Made by a program: the position numbers and the translations under genes. Source: Macrostomum hystrix (Eukaryota > Animalia > Platyhelminthes). From it: 64,000 nt of DNA. The stretch's first letter is position 1, and each line of letters begins with the position of its first letter. Under the pieces are notes generated by a model, which made no database searches, was not told the origin of the DNA, and was given only the letters and a program-made list of their open reading frames with translations. Positions 38,068-49,478 of this stretch are shown here, one piece after another. The stretch lies in the NCBI GenBank assembly GCA_950097015.1, contig CATNEN010000007.1:13268001-13332000 (forward strand), read 5' to 3'.

Positions 38068-38860
38068 TGACTAGATGGAGCGCACGGGAAAGCGCATTGC
38101 GGCTTGACGGTGCATGGGGAACAGGCTGCAAATGAATGGGGTGCGCAGTGAAAGCCCATTGCGGCTTTGAGGTGTACATGGGGACCCAGCTGTGACTAGA
38201 TAGAGCGCACAGGTAAAGCGCATTGTGGCTTGACGGTGCATGGACAACCGGCTGCGACTGAATGGAGTGCGCAGGGAAAGCTCATTGTGGCTCAGAGGTG
38301 CACGGGGACACGGCTGTAACTGAATGGAGTGCGCAGGGAAAGCCGTGCACGGGGACACGGCTGTGACTGAATGGAGTGCGCAGGGAAAGCCGTGCACGGG
38401 GACACGGCTGCGACTGAATGGAGTGCGCAGGGAAAGCCGTGCACGGGGACACGGCTGTGACTGAATGGAGTGCGCAGGGAAAGCCGTGCACGGGGACACG
38501 GCTGCGACTGAATGGAGTGCGCAGGGAAAGCCGTGCACGGGGACACGGCTGCGACTGAATGGAGTGCGCAGGGAAAGCCGTGCACGGGGACACGGCTGTG
38601 ACTGAATGGAGTGCGCAGGGAAAGCCGTGCACGGGGACACGGCTGTGACTGAATGGAGTGCGCAGGGAAAGCCGTGCACGGGGACACGGCTGCGACTGAA
38701 TGGAGTGCGCAGGGAAAGCCGTGCACGGGGACACGGCTGCGACTGAATGGAGTGCGCAGGGAAAGCCGTGCACGGGGACACGGCTGCGATTGAATGGAGT
38801 GCGCGGGGAAAGCCCATTGTGGCTTAGAGGTGCACGGGGACACGGCTGTGACTAGATGAA
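38068..38860. repeat. Composite minisatellite: ten 47-bp units (38318-38787) inside degenerate ~62-bp units
   Basis: 47-bp unit gactgaatggagtgcgcagggaaagccgtgcacggggacacggctg(t/c). The flanking units carry an extra cattgtggcttagag. Confidence 0.97.
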
Positions 38861-39247
38861 GTAGATCCATTGATGGATTGATGGTGCACGCTGGTGTGTT
38901 TGTATGCTAAGTAATTGTGAAATCAACGGTGGTTCGTGACTATAATTATTAAAAAAAATAAAAAGCAAGGCGAGCGAATAACATGCGGTCTGAAAATGTG
39001 GGCGCAGAATGAACTAAACTGCACAAGGAATACTGAACCAGCAATGGTTGATTTATGGTACATTGGGTTTATCAGAAACTCGACAGTGTATTGAAAGCTT
39101 CGCTGACTCATATTTTCGGCGTGACAGCTGTTTAATTACTGCAAGCCATGCCATTCATCGCCTATGAAAAAAATATGCTGCCATGCAGCCACTGACTACT
39201 AACAGTACGAGTGGGAATACCGTTTCTCAATAGCCAGGCAGGTGAGC

Positions 39248-39445
39248 TCAGACAGGAACAGACTCAAACTTGGGTGACGGCCTGCCCTGGGGCAGGTCAG
39301 CGGTGCGCCGCTTTCGCCTAAAGCCGTCGTCTATAAGCAGCGCGCCTCGGCTGAAGTCAGACATAATGTCGTCCAGGGCGCCATCCTCGATTGTGCGCGT
39401 GTGCTTGCGGGCCTTCCTCCTGCCCGCTTCTTCCTGTTGCTTGCG
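39248..39445 (-). CDS. FMNL: FMNL/FRL-type formin, last exon 6/6 (DAD autoregulatory motif); not in the ORF track
   Basis: cttcag|CGC gives ...IEDGALDDIMSDFSRG...GFRRKRR...VPV*, a DAD core followed by a basic patch. Phase 0. Confidence 0.85.
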   Translation of the reverse strand, partial: RKQQEEAGRRKARKHTRTIEDGALDDIMSDFSRGALLIDDGFRRKRRTADLPQGRPSPKFESVPV

Positions 39446-40254
39446 CTGAAGTGCGAGCAGGGTGGTTCAGCAATTCGTGCAGTGTAAACTAGAAAAGTAT
39501 TGCTGCATGCCTATCATATATTGGCATTCGACATAACATTGTAAACACACAAATGAAACGAAAAATCTAAAGAAAATAGTCACATAAACTTGAGGCGAAA
39601 ATTCCGAATTTGAGATGAGGAAGAAGCCTTATGGCCTTAAGTAGCGGCCATGAATCCACCATCAAGGGAGGCTGGCAATGCAAATGAACCAGCAGTGCAT
39701 ACACGTTGCAGTCAGCTAAGAGCGATTCTGGTGTCTTGTAAAAAATCCTGTAAATAAATAAGCAGACTGCGAGTGGCAGAGAGTAGACCAAAAAACGCGG
39801 CAGACAGTCGCCAGTGCAGTTATGCTACAAGGATCAAAAAGCAGACCACCCTATCAAATAGCCTAATACCGGAATCGTGCGAGTACAGACGGCGGATGCA
39901 GTGACTCAACAGCGGCGGTCAAGACAACGACTCAAAGTTCAGTTAGCTCTTAAAATAGTTAGTGAGAACTTTGCTATAAACCACAGCAATAGTGTTGCTA
40001 TTAACTATAGTTTTGCTTACTGTGCCCACATACATCAGCTGTTTAGCTTAGACTTCATCAGACATAGATATTCCACAGCTTTCAAACTAGCAGCTTACTT
40101 GAAGCTTTTATTCACATTCAGTAGTTATATTTGTGAAGGAAGCAAACTAAAATAGGCATTTGAAGACGAACAGCACGGCGACTTTAGTGAGTAGTTAAAA
40201 CAAGTGCAAATTATTAAACAAAGTCCAGTGTATATTTTTGGCAGTTTGGCTCAC

Positions 40255-40624
40255 CTTGGTGCTTTGCTGCCGCTCGTTGCCGACATCGCACTGAGCAGCA
40301 ATGAGCCGGCGCTGCTCATTCTCAGTCCTGGCACGTCGCACGTCGGTCTGGAAGCGATGCAGTACGCCGAAAAAGGCGTCGGATGTGACCTGCTGGGTGC
40401 CCTCGCCAAAACGGGATTTGGCCAGGCTGAAACACTCTTCGGCTGTGCGCAAGTCAGTCTTAATCCGCTCCACCTTATCTTTGTTCGCCACATGGAAATC
40501 GCGCAGCTGAGCATTGTCTGGTAGGTCAGCGCTCAGGCAGCGAATGAGCTCCATGCCCGCCAACAGCTGGCCCACATCTGCCTTCACATTGTCCAGATTG
40601 ACAGCCGCGGCCTTTTCCACGTAT
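40255..40624 (-). CDS. FMNL: FMNL/FRL-type formin exon 5/6 (end of FH2)
   Basis: YVEKAAAVNLDNV...FGE...FFGVLHRF...ARTENE. Phase-consistent GT-AG sites. Confidence 0.92.
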
Positions 40625-40734
40625 CTGAAGGGAGACAAAGTATTTTTCATGTATGTATAAAGTTAGAACCTTACTTTATAGTGTTAAGTTATGCTAAAGT
40701 TAGACCCAAATAGAGTATAAAGAGAGAGCCTTGT

Positions 40735-41710
40735 GTATTTCCGGAAACTAAAGGCTTGCTGGCGCCGCGGCATGTTGGCACAGTTGGCCCAGGAGTTAAA
40801 GCAGGACCTGGTGATGCTATTGGTTACCATCGTTGCCGATCCTGGCATAGACCGAAAGGATCATGGTTCTGGCTGGAGCCTTATCTACATCTCGGCAGAT
40901 GAGAAAGGACATGGAGGAATTGGGGCGCTGGTAAGCCCACAGCGCCTGCGCCCGGCTGATGCGGGTTGATCTGCGTCTGAGGAACCGGAGCGTACGCGTC
41001 GACCGCTGCTCACCCGGACGATGCTCTGGAGTTCCTTGACCTCCTGTCCGGGCAGCTGGAGGCGGTGGCGCAGCGGAACACTGTTCTAGTGCTTGGTGAC
41101 CTGAATGCTGTAGTGCGTAAATCAGATCGAGCGCCATAGACGGTCCCATATAGAATGGTAACACCGTGGCGTTCCTAGATTTTCTACTCGTCACGACATG
41201 GTGTCAGCTAACACCCGGTTCTTTAAGCCGCCACAGAGACTGGTCACCTTTGAAGATTGAAAACGTAGGTGGCAGGACGGCATCGAACCCAGCCCCAGCG
41301 GTTAGACTGACCCAGCTGGATCAGGTTCTCGTGCGCTTCCGGGGGCGCAGCTGCGTGACCAATTATGATCTATCAAGCCACTGGCGATCCATTCGGACCA
41401 CAAGCTGCTGTACTGCACTGAGAGACCCACACTACCGCCCGACAAAACAGGCTCCAAGGCGCTAATAACCCGTTAGAAGCTGGAGAGACTCCGGAGAGAA
41501 GGGAGGCGAGCGGAGGCCGAGGAAGCAGAAGTAGCGCTCGCCAGCACCGACGAGGAGAGAGAGCGGGCCTACGTGGAGAGCGTCATCCAGACGGCTTCCA
41601 GCTGCTTAGACGAACAAGCAGCCATCACCCTGAGAAGTCCCTGGCCCTGCTGGTCTACGCGGACGACATGGCTCTGCTGTCATTTACGGTGGAAGGAGCT
41701 TAGATAATGC
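40735..41710 (+). mobile_element. Internally deleted RTE-like LINE in formin intron 4
   Basis: Endonuclease remnants (GGIG.L, LGDLNA, LDQVL) and LVYADDMALL near 41650. Many frameshifts. Confidence 0.85.
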
Positions 41711-41983
41711 TGAACTAATATCCGAAGTACGAGACGCAGTTACTTCTCAGACACCTATTTTCGATCACCATATGTAGGTAAAAAGATAAGGTAGTCAATG
41801 AGCTAATCTGTAGAGTATATTTGTGAATTAGTTGCATGCTCATGTTACGCTCGTATATAGGGCATGTAAAGGTTATTGTACTCGTAATAAAATTTAACCA
41901 GAGAAATTCTGCATCAGCTGCAGCTTAAGACTAGCGGTGGGGGGAGAGAGCGAAAACCCCGCTTAATATACCCAAGATCGTAC

Positions 41984-42402
41984 CTAAGATCCGACTCGAA
42001 GGTGGACACATCCGGGAACTGCTGGTCAATAAGCTCGACGAGGTAGTGCAGCAGAGTCCATTTTTTGTCGCCTGATTTGGTGTCAGGCAGCATGGCAAGG
42101 CTGGATAGGCGGAAGCCGTAGACTACACCCCGCTTGTGACTGTTGAGGTAGTTGCCCAGTGTGAGCAGCAGCTCGAGCAGCCGCTTGAACTTGGTCGACT
42201 TCTCTAAATTCATAGAGGCTGTGATCACGTAGCGTAGCGGGGACTCAACACACAACAGCAGCTCCTCGAACTGTCCCATGAAGCGTAGAGCATGTAAGCG
42301 GCGCTCCAGGCCTTCCACTCGACAGAGGCGAATCAATAGCTGGTCCAGCTCGTGCAGTTCATTTACATTGCGGCCTTCCACGAACTCGTACTGCCGATAC
42401 GC
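41984..42402 (-). CDS. FMNL: FMNL/FRL-type formin exon 4/6 (FH2 post region)
   Basis: LLTLGNYLNSHKRGVVYGFRLSSL..L.DTKSGDKKWTLLHYLV is the FH2 GNY(M/L)N motif. Needs an AAG acceptor. Confidence 0.93.
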
Positions 42403-42598
42403 CTTCAGTACGAGAGAATTCAGGAGGACATTTGCAGGTCTGAAGGAGACCCCTTTGCATAAAAAAATTTTTAAACAGAATAATAAACATTGAGTAAAGC
42501 TAACAAGAAATAACATCTCCATGCATCAGCAAAGCCACCATATTGTAAATTCAACAATACAAAGGTACTACACCCAATAGTGTGTAAAATTTAATCAC

Positions 42599-44222
42599 CT
42601 GCAGCTCCTCAGCTGTGGGCACGCCCTGCCTGAGCAGAATATCAGCCAGCTCAGGCGGTATTGCTGAGGGGTCCACACTGTCCAGAAAGGCAATGAGACG
42701 ATCCGGGCTAAGACGGATAGCATCGAGCTTGTGGCGCAGGATGGCCACGCTGCGAAGCCGGTCGTGGTTTAGGAGGGTAGGATTGTCCTTTCTCATGCGG
42801 GCCAAGGGATCATCGGTGGTGTCACAACCGGTTGAAGCCGAGATACTGACAGCAGCAGCAAGCTTGAACTTTTCTTCAAAGTCATCGAAGTCTAGACCCT
42901 GACGGACCCGGTCTGGTTGCATGTCCATGAAAACGGTGCCACGGCACTGATTTGGAGGCAGCACTGTCCAGTTGAACAGAGGCAGGCGGTGCTTCGGTAT
43001 CACAGCATCTTTTAGATTCAGCCCGGTTGGAGTCCCTAGACACACCGGTGGTGGCGGTGGAGGTGGAGGAGGTGGGGGCGGTACTCCAGCACGCGGAGTT
43101 GGTGGTGGAGAGAGCGGAGCACTGGCACATGTGCTGGGGGCAGCTGGCTGCGTCGGCGGCTTTAGCGATGACAATACAGAAGCAGTTGAAGCGGCAGCTA
43201 CTGCGGTGTCCCTGGCGGCTTGCAGTTCTTCTTTAATGCGAGAGAGCTCCGCTTCAGATTCTCGAAGGCGGCGGCTCATCTCATCTAACAGCCGGTCAAC
43301 CTCAGACTCGCGGTCGGAGGCCGTCTGGCTGGCCTGCCGCAGGCTGTGGCGCATGCGTGCCAACGCGGTGTCCTTTTCCTGCCGCAGGCCGGAGCACTCA
43401 GCCTCGGACCGCTGCAGCCGCTGGCTGAGCTCAGCCAAGCGGGTCACAGACTCGTCCTCCAGCCGCCGCAGCCTGGCTTGCACGGAGTACAGCTCATCTT
43501 CTAGACTCATCGCTCGAGCTACCGCGGCCTGCTTGGCCAGAGAATCGTGATACAGGCTCACTATGTCAATTGTATTGTCCACGATGGCATCGAGCTGACT
43601 ATTAAGCCGGCAGTCTTCGTATTTGCCATGCAGGCCGTGCAAGAAGTCCTCCAGCCCAAGCTGCGCGAATTCAGCCTGCAGAAAGACGCGTAGACCCAGC
43701 TGTTCATTGTTGATGTTCTGCACAACATTGACGAACCGGGCGCAGCTTATCATGAACTCGATGCTGTACTGCTCCGGCGGCAGACTGTCATGGTGCCTGA
43801 AGTAGGCCATGAGAGTCTCCCAGCGCTTGGCCTCCCCGATTCGATCCTTTAGGCAGTCGAAGGCCTCAAGCACTCTGGCATGCATGCCATCAAGCATGCA
43901 GAGAGCCGCCAGCAGCTCAAGTGCGAAAGTCTTTGTGCTGTACCGTGGATGCAGCAGGCACTGTACGATTATGCTTACCGCGGCACTGTTCTGGAAAGTT
44001 CGCTCGCAAGCGCGTTGGTTATTAAAGAAGACCCGCATGCACTTGATGCCGTTGTGCAGGTCACTGAGCAGCGCTTCGTCACCCTCGCTAGCCCTAGCCG
44101 GAGGCTGTCGCTGTCGCTTGACTGACCGCTTCGCTACGCTGCCTCCGGCCACTGGCGTGCCGGTGTTGCTGCTGGCCGCGGGACGGCACCCCGACAAGCT
44201 GCCGTTTGTCTGCTCCTCGGTG
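42599..44222 (-). CDS. FMNL: FMNL/FRL-type formin exon 3/6 (DID/FH3, coiled coil, FH1 polyproline, FH2 lasso)
   Basis: ALELLAALC...GMHARVLEAFD, FMISCARFVN, poly-P, KHRLPLFNWTVL...GTVF...FEEKFK. Confidence 0.95.
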
Positions 44223-44302
44223 CTGCACAAAAGGGAAAGTGATTGGTGGCACAGATCTTAGAGATATTTTCTGATGAGCTTGTTTTGATTGAAAAAACTC
44301 AC

Positions 44303-44383
44303 CTGATAAGGTCATCTAGAGTCTTGCAAAGGTACTCAATCAGCAGCTCCAAGCCTCCCTCTTCGAGAAATTCCTCCAACCAC
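44303..44383 (-). CDS. FMNL: FMNL/FRL-type formin exon 2/6 (GBD); not in the ORF track
   Basis: ttcag|G gives WLEEFLEEGGLELLIEYL, the W..EFL...GL..L..YL motif. Phase 2 to phase 2. Confidence 0.9.
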
Positions 44384-44869
44384 CTGAACAAAAAAGGCCG
44401 AGGCGAAGTTCCCATGAGGTATTCAACAAAAAAATTTCAGTAAAATATTCCGTTCATTTCAGTAGAGACCACCAAAAGATTTGATAATTTCAGACTTAAT
44501 AATTAGTAGTTAGAATAGTAAAATGTATCAGCATATGGTGGATTTGAGTGCCTGCCTGCCCCATTGCTATGTGTAGCGTCGTCACGTGTACGCCTGGCGC
44601 TTCCCCCTTCTCTGTGTACGTGTTGCATGTGAATTGTGGGTTAGGTATCGCGTCAGAGAGAGATAGCGAGAGTGAATGTGCGTGCGACCCATCACTACGA
44701 GCTCGTAAGCTTTGAAGGTAAAATTTAAAGCAACTGTTGGCCATAGGCCTCTAAGACCTTTTCTCTGCCTTAACAACCTCAAAGTGAGTTATTCATTCCT
44801 TAACATGGCACCCGAACCAAAATCTCAGTAAACAACAAGGCATTTTGCGCTAGAGTTCAACAGTGACAG

Positions 44870-46860
44870 CGATTCTTCAATAGTGCAGCATGAACTCCGG
44901 AAAGCGAGGAGTTATAGAAGCTATCGGAAGAAGCAGTGTGACTTCTGCAAATTGAAGCATCATCCCAGTCTCTGCTCGGCACAAGCGGAACAGTCCCAGC
45001 GACCTGCAGACAAGATGCCAAGCGGCTCCATCGGCAAGGTGGACGAAGGACAGAAAAAGCTTGAGAAGTCGGCCGCACATAAAGTCAAGAAGCAGGAAGT
45101 GAAGACAATGGCGATGGTAACAAAAGCACAGACTGTGATTTTTCCACCAGCTGGAGCTGTGTTCATGTCACCAGATGGCGGCAGTGAGACTCTGCTTCGA
45201 ATTCTCTTTGACTCTGCAAGTAACCGTTCGTTCATCCTGTCAAGCGTAGCCGAGCGGATGGAACTCCAAGCAATCGGCAAGGAGACAATGGAGGTGACGA
45301 CATTTGGCGGTACGGAGCCCAGAGTACAACAGACTGAGGAAGTCGAGTTCCAACTTCGAAAACTCGACAGTGACACCCAGTTCACAGTGCGCGCTAATAC
45401 AGTGCCCTACATCTGCTTTCATCAGCCTGTGGTCAGCAGCGTTCGCAACGAACACTTCCAACATCTTGATCTCGCAGACTGGGACATTAGCAGCGAAAGT
45501 ATTCCGGAAATTGACATCCTCATCGGAGCGTCCACATCCACACCAAATGTGATATTTAATTTTAAGATCAATTTCATGACCTTATCACAGGACAGGTGGT
45601 TCGTTCGGACACAGGTACCGGTCTGGTAGCTGTAGCTTGTCAGCTTGGGTGGCTTCTTTGTGGTTCATTGTCTCACGGCGTTGCTGGTAGAGACACGAAG
45701 CAAGAGCAGGTTCTTCTATGCTGCGCACAAGAAAGTGAGGAGAGCCTGGACAGCTGCCACATAGAGAAGTTCTGGACGCTTGAAGGTCTCGACATCAACA
45801 GTACTTCCGAGCCTGATCAACCGCCATTTTAGTTGAACACTAGAGAATGAATCGAGAACGGTCGCTACTCAGTTCAGCTGCCGTGGAAGGTTCCAAAAAA
45901 CGAGTTAACCCTGCCGGACAACTTCGATGTGGCATTCAGGAGACTGCAGAGCAATCTGAACAGGCTACGCCGGAAACCAGAGTTGCTTCAAGATTACCAC
46001 CGCATTCTGATCAACCAGAAGGTTGCCGGGATAGTAGAGGAGGCTCCGGACAGCACACGCCATCTCATTCACTATCTGCCTCACCAGGCAGTGATTCGCC
46101 CAGAAGCAGAATCGATGAAGTCTTCGATGCCAGCGCAAAGCAGAATCGTCGGAGTCCATCGCTGTCGAAGGTCGAAGGTCCTCGGATTGAAGTGGGAAAC
46201 CAGCGCCGACAAGTTTGTGCTTCAGTTCTCGCCACCAGAAGAGTTACTTAGAGCACCACAGACAAAGCGCGTCATGCTGAAGCTTTTGGCTCGAGTTTAT
46301 GATCCTATCGGTTTCCTGGTTCCACTTTTGACGGGTCTGAAGTCGATGTTTCAGTTACTCTGCGTTCACAAGGTCGCTTGGGATGGTCCGCTGGATGAAC
46401 TGACCAGACAGCTGTAGTTGAAGTGGCTGCAGGAAATGCAGCGAGCTAAGTTCTACGTTCCACGACTGGTGATTTCTACGAAGCAGACGGTCGAGGAGAT
46501 GCAGCTGCATGGCTTCTGCGATGCGTCGGCCAAATGCTACGCAGCGTGTCTTTATCTACGAGTTCAAGTTCAGTACACTGATGGCTCAGTCAGCTGCAAC
46601 TTGGTCGCTGCCAAGGCACGAGTGGCTCCACTATCAGCCCTGTCGATTCCTCGGCTGGAGCTGTTGGGCGCGCTGATCCTTGCCAGACAGCTGACCTCAG
46701 TCCTGAACCAGCATTCGCAAGTTCGTCAAGACTTCTGCTGGACAGACAGCGCCGACACGCTCTACTCGATCCGACAGCACAAGCCCTGGAAGCTCTTTGT
46801 TCACAACCGAGTCGATGCGGCAAAGGAGGCAGTAGAGCTATCGTCTGCGGAGATACAGCC
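44870..46860 (+). mobile_element. BEL/Pao LTR-retrotransposon pol remnant in formin intron 1
   Basis: Protease ILFDSASNRSF, FWTLEG, LPWK, HYLPHQAVIR, VFDASAK, KVLGLKW, YDPIG, and RNase H LHGFCDAS...YLR...AKARVAP...IPRLEL...WTDS. RT core deleted; stops and frameshifts. Confidence 0.93.
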
Positions 46861-46959
46861 AGCGACCCGGAAAGTGTACGCAACGTTAAGGCCAGGAGGG
46901 AGTGCGACCAAGCTCGAAGCTCGTCCATGCAAGCTGAGCTTAGGGCCTAGGAGCTTAGA

Positions 46960-48230
46960 AGCTTAGAGAGCTGGAGCAAGGCAGCCATCGTCAGCGATAG
47001 ACAAAGCCTGCTCAGCAAGGGTAGGAGAAACCCGAAAGCGGCTAGCATCATAAGTAGAGTGGCGAACATCGTGAACCAAGGCAGCACCATCAGGTTCACC
47101 TGGGTTCCCGCGCACAATGGCCTGGAGGGAAACGAGATGGCTGATGAGACTGATGAGACGGACGCGCGCGTTCGGGATCCCTTACTTGACTTAGCGGCAG
47201 GGAGCCTCCATGACGGACGCAGCGAGGAGGCGGCCCGTTCGGGATCCCGGCGGCATGTAGTTTGTGCAGCAGGCCCGGCTTCCAGACGGTGTCGTACGCC
47301 CTGCGAAAGTCGAAAAGGACTGTCTTTCTGTCCGACGACTGTCCATCTGGCAGGTGACGCTTCGTGACCATCGCTGATTATCTGGGTAAGCCGGGCAATC
47401 TGGTCCTCGGTGCTGCGCCGCTTGCGGAAACCGGACTGGGCATGGTGCGCAGCAGGTGCCTGGACTCGGCCCACCAGTACAGCCGCGCTTATACCAACCG
47501 CTCGGCCAACTTAGCCAGGCTGGAGGTCAAAGTAGTCGGCCGGTAGGAGCCAATCTCATCGGCCGGCTGTGGGCGCCGATGTCGCGCCGCCAAGCCGCAG
47601 GGACCTCGCCTCGTGCCCACCACGCATTGATCAGCCACAAGATCGCACGACGGCCAGCAGCACCTAGATGCTGAAGATGCTTGGCGCAGATGTCGTCAGG
47701 TCCAGCCGGTCGGGAGCGGATGGTCCAGCTATCGCCGCTCTTTTCAGACGGGAAGACCCGGAGGCCGGCCAACGGAGTGGTGACGTCTTCTGGCGCGCAG
47801 GGACGCTCCTACAGCACCTCGTAGCGCAGCCCTTCGCGGATGAGATTCGCGACGCCTCCCACTTGTGGGGCCACCAGAGCGCCGGCCACTTTGACGATGG
47901 CGCCAGATTGTGTTGAAACCCGGCAGACGCGGTTCCCGTCCCTCGGTAGTGTGGGTCTCCTGCAGACACGCCACGTCGACGTGCAGGTCCGACATCAGCT
48001 TGCACAGTTCGGGCATCTTGGCATTGACGCCCTCCGCGTTGAGTTGCAGAAGGTGCAGGCTGCTGTTGGGCCGCACGCGTGCAGACCGGGTGAGGTGGCG
48101 CCTCGCTCTGTCGGGTGCCCGCCGTTGAGACGCTTACTTGACATTATGGGTGGCCAAAGGCTCATTGGGCAGCGAATTTTCAGTGCTGTGCTGGGGCTCG
48201 GTGAGGGCTCGTAGGTAGGCTCCATTTCGA
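46960..48230 (-). mobile_element. Rearranged RNase H-bearing LINE fragments (EN and RT on minus, RNase H on plus)
   Basis: Minus strand: LLQLNAEG...DVACLQET, AGPDDI..KHLQHLG, QSGFR..RSTEDQI, FDFRRAYDTVW. Plus strand at 47090-47145: FTWVPAHNGLEGNEMAD. Confidence 0.88.
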
Positions 48231-48249
48231 GGGCCGTAGAGCCCATCAG

Positions 48250-48960
48250 AGAGAGCACCTCGTGAAGGCGCAGAACATTGTTCTCCAGAGCACCTCGTGA
48301 AGGCGCAGAACATTGTTCTCCAGAGCACTTCGGCACAAGGGGAATTTCTTTCCTTTGCTGCCTTTTCAATCTGAGTCTTACCACCAGCATCGTTCTCAGC
48401 ACTTGGACCTCGGCCAAGGTCTCACCTCAAAGCGGACAAAGATGCCACTCTCAGCTCGTCCTACAGGCCGATTTCCATCCTCTCTTCAGCTGCCAAGCTG
48501 CTGGAAAAGTGCCTGATGCATACCTTTCAGAGTGCGCTTCCACCTTCTAGCTGGCAGCATGGCTTCCGTGCAGGGCACTCCACCGCCTCTGCCCTCACCA
48601 GTCTCACTAGCTTCATCAGAAACGGCTTCAATCAACCTAAACCTGATGAGGACACTGCTCGTCGCGCTTGATCTACAAGAAGCGTTCGTCCAGCCGTTCC
48701 TTCGCCCTTCAATGGGTCCGCTCTCTATCTGTGACGCTAGCTCAACTCCGGTCGGGCTTCTGCTCTCAACTTGCCAGTTACAAACACCGTCTTGACTAGG
48801 AGTCGCCTACCACCTGCCCGCGGTGCCGTGACGAGGAGGAGTCGGTCGCGCATCTTTTCGCCAGTCCAACTCGCCCTACCTCGCTCACCCCGCTAGATCT
48901 CTGGTCCCAGCCCAAGACCGCCTGGGCCCGATTCGCCGAGCTTTTCCCCGGAGAAGGTAC
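48250..48960 (+). mobile_element. Second LINE RT fragment, starting with a 35-bp tandem duplication
   Basis: HFGTRGISFLCCLFNLSL, YRPISILS and LVALDL motifs in shifting frames. agagcacctcgtgaaggcgcagaacattgttctcc occurs twice. Confidence 0.75.
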
Positions 48961-49086
48961 TGGCCCTGGCCCGCCGAGTTAAGGTTAACACACACACAAA
49001 AGCACACACAAACATCTGCTGCAGCGAGTCTTGACACAGAAAAGCATATCTCGATGCAGATCCTAATGCATACAGCCACTACTTAC

Positions 49087-49478
49087 TCCACAGTGTAAGT
49101 TCTGAGGCTGTTCTCCAAACTCCTAAGAAGATCGCTCTTCTCGAGAGTCCCTGTTCCGGCACTAGCTCCCACACCCCTACTGTGCCGAAGGCTGCGTAGG
49201 TGCGTTACGTAATATCGGACCGAGAAATTTGACTGCGACAGTCCAGGCCGCTTCGAAGTGATCCAGTTTTGAAGTGCTTGGACTTTCTTGTCCGTGTCAA
49301 GGGCGGCCATGTCGCGTGCCCGGTCAGCCGTTATGTCCATGTCCTTGATGAACTGTGGCCACAGCTCCTCAATCTGCCGCTCTGAAAGCTGCGTCGCTTG
49401 CGGCTGCAGTTGGTGCGCTGATTTCAGAGCACGCCCCCGCGACGAGTTTGGTGTGTCCTTGGAGTTGATGCAGCCCAT
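49087..49478 (-). CDS. FMNL: FMNL/FRL-type formin exon 1/6 (N-terminal MGC lipidation-type motif, start of GBD)
   Basis: MGCINSK start; F...MDI......L..DKK and LLRSLENSLRT GBD motifs. GA|GTAAGT donor in phase 2. Confidence 0.9.

Noticed and set aside
38318-38787. 47-bp unit as a tandem hammerhead ribozyme (CTGA...GAAA-stem)
   Set aside because: The core reads CUGAAUGGA rather than CUGANGA, stem II is not formed, and the cleavage triplet would be CUG, which violates NUH.
20113-38860. Tandem arrays as CRISPR arrays
   Set aside because: Units are head-to-tail with no unique spacers, there are no cas genes, and the context is eukaryotic.
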